Shown here in pieces: positions 56,098 to 64,000 of a stretch of DNA of 64,000 nt. The notes under the pieces are model-generated. The model saw only the letters and a list, made by a program, of their open reading frames with translations. It did no database searches and was not told where the DNA came from. Positions within the stretch are counted from its first letter, which is position 1. Every line of letters starts with the position of its first letter. Both the position numbers and the translations under genes were made by a program. This stretch comes from Marsupella aquatica. Taxonomy: Eukaryota; Plantae; Marchantiophyta. Where the stretch lies: assembly GCA_973895155.1 (NCBI GenBank), contig OZ316891.1:31627112-31691111 (forward strand), read 5' to 3'.

Positions 56098-58263
56098 CTA
56101 GATACGATTCCGTCCTCCAGGGGATAGCATCCAGCCCTGAGAGCCGCTCCCCGTTTGCTGCTCAGTCAGTCCCCCTATCAGGGAGTAGTCATCTCTCATC
56201 TTAGTTTGTGCTGCGCCTCTTTGTTCACTTCTCGGACTCCTCGTTTCAGGGCTGAGCAATCTGTTTGTCCTTGTTGAGCTTTCGCCCGCACCTGCATCAG
56301 ACATGGATCCTCGTGAGAAGTACAGCGAACGTTGTTTTTTTGCTTCACCCTTCGGCTTATCTTTATCTTCAGTTGGGGGGGTTCTCAATTATTGTTTCCT
56401 GGTTCGTGCTTTGAGTTTGCTATTCGATATGTAAGCTTCATATTCTGACATCTCTGCATCGGTGTCCCCATGGTACAAGAAATTCCCTTCGGCTTCTACC
56501 TCTAAGAGCGATCCTGGAAGCCCGAGTGTGTCTGTTCTGGCCTTCGTGCTGAATTCCGGCCCAAAGCTTGGTGCACTGGCATTTAGAACAGAGCCTCTGC
56601 GGTCTGTGTTACCTCCAGGATCCCGGGCCAGTCCACTCCCAGGTGGGAAGTCTCGCGAATTCCCCTTAGTCCTAGTCGGTTCCCATCTCACCATGGCGTC
56701 CAAGGGTCCACGAGTGGGCTCCAGCAATTCCATCCCAATAGCACCCACATTCGGCCGTTGTGGGTTAGCTGGAGTTCCTTTGTCCGGTTCTCTAACATCT
56801 GTCGCAATGATCAGCTCCACATGGGCAATTTCCTCCTCAACTGAGTTTTTCCGGATCGTGTTCGCCTGCCGCTCTTGGTTCTCCCTGAATTTAACCCGGA
56901 CCATAGCATTCTCTTGGGCCTTTTGTATCTCTTCTGGGTCAGCCTCCGAGTGTCGTTCGTCGTCTTTTTCATCAGGTATTTCCAGCACACTCGTCGGCCT
57001 CTGCCCTTCATCTCCTTCTCGACAGCTGCGGGCTAGATGCCCTTTCTTATGGCATTTGTAGCAGTGGTAAGGAATATTGCGGAAGGTCACCGGTTGCCAA
57101 ATTACTATATCCTTCTGAATTTTCACTCGAACACTTGCCGGTATCTCCCTGTCAGTGTCCCATAGTATGCACGCACGGTCATGTGGGTAAGAACTGAATT
57201 GGTCTCCTTGAATGTAGTATAGTAGGGTGCCAAGCGCGCTTGCAATTTTCCTTCTGCATCCTTCCAGCTCCAAGGCTCTAAATGGTAGCTCAATCCATAC
57301 TGGCAGTTTGGTGTAAGACTCATTTTTTATGTCAAAGGTTGGATCCCATGGGAAGGTGTATACAAATCTATTTTCCATAAACCATGGCGCCCCATTCAGT
57401 GCCAGATCCCGATGATCAGGTTCTTCAAAGATTACCATGTAAAAATTTTTCCCCACAAACTTGACTTGTAGCACCGGCCAGCGCCCTTGGCTAGTCATTT
57501 CGTCTTCTACCCAGTCTCTGAAGGCTGGAAGCAATGGGGTTCTGTCTGTGAAGTAGCATAGCAAGGCACAGTTATATAATTGCCTCACATTCATAGTTGC
57601 TTCCGTCATGTTCCATTCAACTGTGGCAAACAGCTTTTTGTCAAGGTCACCCTTAGAGCGGTGTGCTACAGCTCTCAGAATTCTGATACATTCCTCCGAT
57701 GTTTCCTCCTCTTCAGCTCCTTCGCGGCCCCATGTATCAGGATTCCGGGTACCATTTGAGATTCCACAGATTCCAGGACCCTCTCCCCTGAGCTCTGCAC
57801 CTCTCAGGCTACGTCGTGTCTCTCCATCCAAGGCTGGGACCTTGTCCCGAGCTGAGCCGCCGCCATTCTCATCCTCTTCCATGTCCATCAGATCGTCCTG
57901 TATCTCCCGTTGTGAGCCGGCTGAGCCCCCCCTACTCTCTCCCTGTAGGCCAGGATTGCCTCCTCCCTTTCTCTCCCGCCGTGGTCTGTCCCCATCATTC
58001 CGCGCATCTTGCGCCGAGAATTGGTTGCACCTCCCCACTCCCTCCTCTCCGAGTTTTCCTTTATTCTGAGAGGCCAAACCAACCAGATTGGTCTCGCGCC
58101 CTCTCACCCCCTGAAGCGTCCCCGTTCTAGTCTGGACAGCCATCGGTGTAGCCACTCGGATGTTCCTTGATTCAGAAAGACGTCCATTCCGATCGCTTCT
58201 TCCACGAGATGTGGTTTCTGAGCGCCCGTAGTAGTCCAATCCCTTTTCACCTTCGCCCGACAT
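56098..58263 (-). pseudogene. LINE-2 ORF1p (DUF4283-like plus CCHC) with an in-frame stop at 56389-56391
   Basis: APWF..WDPTFDI..PVWIELPF and CYKCHKKGHLARSC; homologous to LINE-1 ORF1. Confidence 0.9.
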
Positions 58264-60692
58264 TAAATTAATGTATGCAATGACAGTCAGACGGCGTTAA
58301 TAAGATGTTCGGGGCAGTGCTTACCTTGTAATCGAAGAGGGCTCCAGGCTCCTCTCGAGTCCACTGGGTCCAATCTCATTAACCAAGATGTCCTTCCCGA
58401 ACTATTCCATAATTCTCCCGTCAGAATAGAACCACTCAGGCACACTTTGTGCCGCCTTAACTCTTCTCTGCATGTTCCGCCATCCTCTTTGGCAATGTCA
58501 GCTCCAAACACTTTTAGGAATCTGAGTGCCGCCACTCGCTGTCCAATCCGAGCTTGCAGACACCAAGGTCCGTTGCCGTAATCCACACCGTTTGTTTCAG
58601 TCGCCCACTGTAGCACCCCACCAGATCGATGCGAACCCCTGTTCCAATGTGTCTACCTTTTAATCCCCGCCTCCAAAAGTGGCAGCGGGAAAGGTGCTCC
58701 CGCTAGACTAACGCATCGGCTCATCCACCACCCCTGGCTCCAACTCTCATGACCGGATCTCCACAATTGTGCTCCCGCAATCCAGACTAGTATTCCACCC
58801 TAAAATAGCAGAACCGGCTCTAAAGCGGATCCCGATCGTAGCGATGGCGAGAGAGAGCAGAAAAAGCTTCGTGCAGAAGCAGGGGTCACCCTCGTATCGA
58901 TTCCACCCCTCTCGAGAAGCTTTTTGCCCCTCTCAATCTCCTTCTGGAAGGTCAAAACGCTCATGGATGAGCACAAGTCCCTCCGCCCTTCTTCGCAAGT
59001 CCACTGTCAGTTCCAATCTCCAGGGCCAGGTATGGTGATCATTTTGTGACAGGGAATGCTGGATCTATCACAAAGAAGAATATGATTTATGTGCAGGTTT
59101 TCCATGATATCAACATGTCTTGTCATTTTGTAGTATTGTTAATCTGTGCCTTTTGGGACAAGTTCCCATATCTGCAAGTTCCATTTCACTTGCTGGGATC
59201 AGATTGGTGTGAGATATTTTTCAGCAAGGTAGGTGGCATGAGTGGCCATGAGAGAAATTATGACTTTGGATCTCTATTGGACAGTGCAGTGGGACTAAAT
59301 CGACTAGCTGGATTAGAGTATGGACCAGAGGGATTGAAGATACGTCGATCACATGATAAACAGAATCATGTTTGGGCAACTTTACATCCTCTGGATGAAG
59401 GAGAACAAGCTCCAAATTTATTTGATTACTCTGCAGTTCAGACTAATGAGCTGATTGTTGATGCTCTAAAGGAAGGTTTGCAGGAAGCAAAGGATTTGTT
59501 GTGCAAGCTGAACATGTCACCAAGGAGTTCTTTGCCATTAGCGAAAAGACGATGGTGGGTTCATCCTTGGGAGGTGGAGGCAGAGACTTGGCCGGATACA
59601 AGTGTCATGAAAGAGGTTGTGTTATGTGATGATGCTGAAGACATAGTTGAACATCGATCTACTGTAGGCCCTAGACCTGAGCCCCCAATTGGAGAGTTTC
59701 TAGATTTTGAAGATCCTGAAGAAGATCTCAATCGGATTGATTCATGGGACACTCTAGACAGTCAGGATTGTATTGAGCCACTAACAGTTGATGATTGTTC
59801 GATTGAGGTGGACACTAACCCATTTTGTGAGATGGAGACACTAGGACATGAAGTAAGGCATGTCTTGGCTGGAGTTCAAGCAGACTTAACTGATGTGCAG
59901 ACACCCCGGTCAGTAGTGTCTACTATAACTTATGAGGGAAGGACTATCTATAAGTCCACTCTTGTGAGTCAATTGTGCTGCAATCCTTTCATGTCAAAGG
60001 ATAGGCTAACTAGGATAGCCCAGAAGACCTATTACACTACTGGTAAGGAGAAGGAAAATGGTGACTCTATGACTTGTTTGGTTGACATTGGTACTGATAT
60101 AGCAGTTTTGTTTGAGTCTGCTGCAGAGGTTGGTCCTTCTACCAGATCATCCAAGTCAAAGAAGAGGAAGAGAATAGATAAAGGGCCTGTTGTTGATGCA
60201 ACATCTGAAAAGAAGGAATATTGGTTGGGTAGGATTGAGTTTATGATATAGAAGAATGGCTCCCATTGGGTCAGACGTCGGAAAGCAATAGATCTGTTGG
60301 ACAGGCCTGTGCCTGCAGTTGGACAGAGTGGAAGTGTGTGTCGCTTGCAGTGTAATTGATACAAATCTACTGGTAACAACAAAACTTTGTTCACTTGTGA
60401 TGCAACAGATGGACAATTGATATTGAGATGGTAATTTCAAATGTGAACTTGACAATGAAGTCTGGGATAGTTGACAGAGTGTATGTACTAGATGCAAGTG
60501 ACTTGCAAGCTTTGACTACATACATTCAAAGTATGAGTAAATTGTGATATATAATTGACTATTGTTTATTAAAAATAGTTTGTTGTGTGTGTATGTGATG
60601 CATGTGTAGGGTTAGTGGGAGGGAGTAGAGTAGGGGATGGCGGATTGGCAAATTGAGATTTATACTCAATCAGGGGTTCAATTCCCCTCCGC

Positions 60693-60900
60693 CATGTGGA
60701 CATCATCATGCATGAGTCTGTGAAGGAAGGTAGAGATGTGGACATCATCATGCGGGAGTTTGTGAAATAAGGTAGAGTATCGATGCCTTGAATAGGCAAC
60801 CTATGATGTTCGGTTACCTATTCATAGTATCTGGCACCCACCATGCTTCACTATTCAAGAGTGAAAACTACCATGCTTCACTATTCAAGAGTGAAAACTA
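60693..60900. repeat. Subterminal tandem repeats of the P-like element (imperfect ~42 bp x2; perfect 30 bp x2 at 60841-60900)
   Basis: ATGTGGACATCATCATGC..GTGAA..AAGGTAGAG x2; CCATGCTTCACTATTCAAGAGTGAAAACTA x2. Confidence 0.85.
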
Positions 60901-61173
60901 CAAGTTGTTGGGTGATGATGAATGCAATTTACAAGATATTCAACTTCATGATGTAAATTCATTGAATGTATTGGACATGCGCATCAATTTGCACAATTGG
61001 CTCTACACTATTGAGGTACTTTACTTTCCTTAATAGGCATTTTTTAAATCATCATAAAACTTTCCAAAACGTTTTATAGGGGTAAACAATTCAAAAAATG
61101 GTCGCTTTTCAGAAAGTAAGGGAGTGGGGGAAAAAAATTCACTTTAAAGTTAGGGGTTCCAGACCCTAAAACA

Positions 61174-61216
61174 TCGCACGTGATGTAGTGCCCTACATAC
61201 AGTGACCCCCCCCGAG
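61174..61216 (+). repeat. Right bipartite terminal repeat of the P-like element
   Basis: TCGCACGTGATGT-N14-AGTGACCCCCCCCGAG. Confidence 0.85.
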
Positions 61217-61326
61217 GGCAAGAGAGAACTTTGGGTACAACAATGAAGACAACATCCGAGCAGATGACACGTTTGACTCATGCCCTTATGGAGAAGCTTG
61301 CAAGTTCTTCACGACCTTCACAATAG
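61217..61326 (+). pseudogene. 3' end of the Myb/trihelix gene (continuation across the TSD)
   Basis: After the TSD the frame of ..EIQERQE continues RTLGTTMKTTSEQMTRLTHALMEKLASSSRPSQ*, convergent with the nuclease gene. Confidence 0.7.
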
Positions 61327-61509
61327 AGTCCTGAGTAGAGTAGCACTTGGCTAGTTTGTATTTATCAAGTGTAGTACTTAGGGTCTAGTACTTCAATTAA
61401 CAGTTGCATGGAATTGCAAAAAAAACTACGATGACACTTTCATGCACTTTTCAATTGCAAATTTTATTTCAAACTTGCCTACAACATTTGCATTTGGAAA
61501 CATAAATAG

Positions 61510-62867
61510 TCACAATGTATTATCCCTTGGGGCAATACAACGTCTTTGTCGTTCTTGCTCCCATTCTCTCTCAGGCAACAAATAGTTCATCATTGCAACA
61601 CGATGTCTACGTCCATTACCAAAACTATGATCTCCATCTGGAGGGCCTCCAGGTTTATAAGGAGGGTCTGTATCTAATCCCCAAGTTGGATCATACACAT
61701 CTCCACGATCAATACGAATATTGTGTAGAATGCATGCACAAGTAACATAATGTGGCAATCGATAAGGAGAGGGATGATACATTTTGTGTGAAAAAAATCT
61801 CCAGCTATTTTTCAACTGACCAAAAGCACGCTCTACGCACATCCTAGTTGAGCTAAGCATGTAGTTAAATTCTCTCTTGCGGCTACGCTCTCATGCACCG
61901 GGGAAAGGGCTTAGCAACCAAGGATATGCAGGATAACCTGCATCACCAATAATGTACTCCCTTGTACGAAATCCTGTATGTGATGTAAACATGGGACCTC
62001 AGAGTTTTGTGTGGTGTACTATAACATCGTCAAAAAACCCGGACACCCGTAGAAGGCGAGAGTCTTGTATGCTACCGGGCCATCCTGAAAAGACATCCAA
62101 AAATCGAAGACGACTATCACAAATAGCTTGCATAGAAATGCTCTGACCATTCTTGTAATCATGGTAATCATTGGAATTTGTTCCAGGAGGTAGCTCCACT
62201 TGAAAATGAGTGCTGTCTATTGCACCACAACAATTTGGTAATCCTTGTAGTTGGTGACATTCTTCTTTCACCCTTGCCATGGCTTCTCCTTGTAGCCAAC
62301 TCAAATGTGTTCTCCTTGCTCGCATAATCAAAGCCCTAACAAATCGCCAAACAATATCCGATATGCATGGCACGGAAACCCCAAACATCTCTGAAAGCGT
62401 CAACAACAAACAACCACTGGAAAATCGATGGAGGGCTATGACAACCTGACGCTCAACAGACAATGTTATATTTGTCAATTGCGAAGGCCAGGTGGGGGAT
62501 GTGTGGTCATATCTTCTCTAACCAAGTCGCAAATATACATGAATGTTGTTGGTGACACTCGGAACAAATACTTGAAGCAAACAGGATCATGCTCAATCAC
62601 ATGTGTCAAATACCATCCACTTCACTCTCTTGACCTCGGCTCAATGTAATTTCCAGAAATATGTGAATATTCTCTTCAAAGAGCTGATTGAATAGTTTGA
62701 AAGAGTCGCAACAAGTTTGCAAATTGTGTACCATTGTCACCTGGCATCTGTCTTTGTGGCAAATCATAGTTGCCAAGAAGAGCGTACAGTTGTAGTTGTT
62801 GCAAAATCAGTTGTTGCAAGGCAATAATTGTGGAGAATATTATCTCAAACTCGTTTGAAAGCGCCAT
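61510..62867 (-). pseudogene. PIF/Harbinger (HARBI1-like, DDE_Tnp_4) transposase, disrupted
   Basis: LSVERQVVIALHRF, CCGAIDSTH, SMQAICD, GWPGSIQDSRLL, IIGDAGYP, RMCVERAFGQLKNSWR, ACILHN. Confidence 0.92.
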
Positions 62868-63189
62868 TGTGACAAAATAGTTTGAGCTGGAAAGGCCTGC
62901 ACAATGAATGACATGTCTTTGACGTTGTCAATAGTGAAGAGAAAAATTGAGGGCAATAAGAAAGTGCAAGCAACTAACAAATTGTAGGCACATAAGTGAG
63001 GGAAGTGCTTGCCAAAAATCATCACTTATTTGTGAGTCCTTGACAGTGAAAAAAGCTTTGCAGTACACCTTCGTTTGCAAGGCCACATCTTGTACTATAC
63101 CTGGCTTTCGTATGGCCTACCTTCCGCTATACTACACCTACTATAATATTTCTTGGCCCTCTACTGCCCGAGTGAATTATGTAGTGTTT

Positions 63190-63249
63190 GGAGGAATGAG
63201 CCGGTAATGTTCGGAGGAATGAGCCGGTAATGTTCGGAGGAATGAGCCG
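63190..63249. repeat. 23-bp tandem repeat x2.6
   Basis: GGAGGAATGAGCCGGTAATGTTC units at 63190, 63213 and 63236. Confidence 0.9.
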
Positions 63250-63863
63250 AGCACATAAGAAAAATGGCAATGCCCAGATTCGACATTCTGATTGTAAGAG
63301 CGACCACAACAAATCACGATACCTACCGTCTGTCTGATCAATGTTGTTCACGATTTCAATGTGTGGACGAGATTGAGATGCAACAGTAGTCACCGAATTG
63401 TAAGCACATTTCGCAGCGGAGCACATAAAATCAGTGGCAGCCCATTCTTCAGCAACGAACGCCCACCTCAAGAACGGGTGAGGGCAGGCATCAGCCGGAG
63501 GCCAGTGCGTCCATGTCAAGTAGAGGAGGAAGAGAGACTTGTGAGTGCAGAAGCGGAATGCAGGAGCGGAGCACAGAAGCGGAGTGCTGGACAACCGATT
63601 TGCTTTGTATTACATTCGGCTAACTTGTCGTGTAGCAAACTAGACTTTGCAGGGCTTCTTCACTTCGCAACGCCAATTTGCGCTTCACAATCAACGCAGC
63701 CTCAATCCCCTCTATTGCTCCCGGTAAACTAAGCGGCACATAACGACAGAGGTGGACACGAGCCCCTCAGCACATCCAACACGTAACACAGGGGAGGATC
63801 GAGTTGTTAAACCAAATCCCTGATTCTGTGTAAGTTTGGCTTTGTGAAAGGCCGCATTCTTGA

Positions 63864-63892
63864 GGGCCGATGTACATGCAAAACGGCCCTTA
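63864..63892. mobile_element. Possible Harbinger right terminus (..ACGGCCC plus TTA)
   Basis: A GGGCC-type terminus followed by TWA, ~1 kb upstream of the nuclease. The partner end is not seen. Confidence 0.35.
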
Positions 63893-64000
63893 GTTGTGGC
63901 TATTCAGAATCCTGAGGACATCATCCTGCAGGCGGATCTCTTCTCTTACCTCACCTCAATTGGCTACACAACTGTTTTGAGAAAACTGTTGTACGACTGG

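Larger units (their letters stand above)
51836..59027 (-). mobile_element. L1-clade LINE (LINE-2), related to but diverged from LINE-1
   Basis: 18-bp TSD AGGTATGGTGATCATTTT at 51818-51835 and 59028-59045; ORF1 and ORF2 present. Confidence 0.95.
33697..60358 (+). pseudogene. P-like transposase copy 2 in three pieces (33697-34242, 49310-51835, 59046-60358)
   Basis: Same motifs as copy 1; intron at 50799-50898 (GT..AG); 45-bp tandem duplication at 51223-51312. Confidence 0.8.
33540..61216 (+). mobile_element. P-element-like DNA transposon, copy 2 (5'-truncated, right terminus intact; hosts the TIR element and LINE-2)
   Basis: Pieces 33540-34242, 49310-51835 and 59028-61216 are collinear with copy 1. 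Right terminus AGTGACCCCCCCCGAG is followed by GGCAAGAG (61217-61224). Confidence 0.85.

Noticed and set aside
56462-58130. Plus-strand ORFs overlapping LINE-2 ORF1 (and similar shadows over LINE-1, the Copias and the 877-aa ORF)
   Set aside because: Antisense or alternate-frame shadows of real coding sequence, with no motifs.
63190-63249. 23-bp repeats as a CRISPR array
   Set aside because: The units are head-to-tail with no spacers, there are no cas genes, and the context is eukaryotic.

Overview
This is eukaryotic land-plant DNA; the LINE and Copia types suggest a bryophyte or other early-diverging lineage, which is an inference. It consists almost entirely of nested transposable elements, with no clear host housekeeping gene, rRNA, tRNA or CRISPR. 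The backbone is a PIF/Harbinger locus (Myb/trihelix partner gene plus HARBI1-type nuclease). Into its Myb gene inserted a ~9.4-kb DNA transposon with bipartite CTCGGGGGGG termini, an 8-bp TSD, an intron-containing P-element/THAP9-like transposase and an EDM2-type PHD-finger cargo gene. This composite is present as two inverted partial copies (5341-30757 minus; 33540-61216 plus). Later insertions are: a CACTA end; two L1-type LINEs; two Bianca-like Ty1/copia elements (one intact with identical LTRs); a Ty3/gypsy remnant; a non-autonomous 27-bp-TIR/4-bp-TSD element carrying a 3-exon RING-H2 gene; and two copies of a ~4-kb TG..CA solo-LTR-like unit, one with an intact 877-aa ORF. Boundaries were read by eye from TSDs and termini. 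Domain calls are motif recognition, not database hits.
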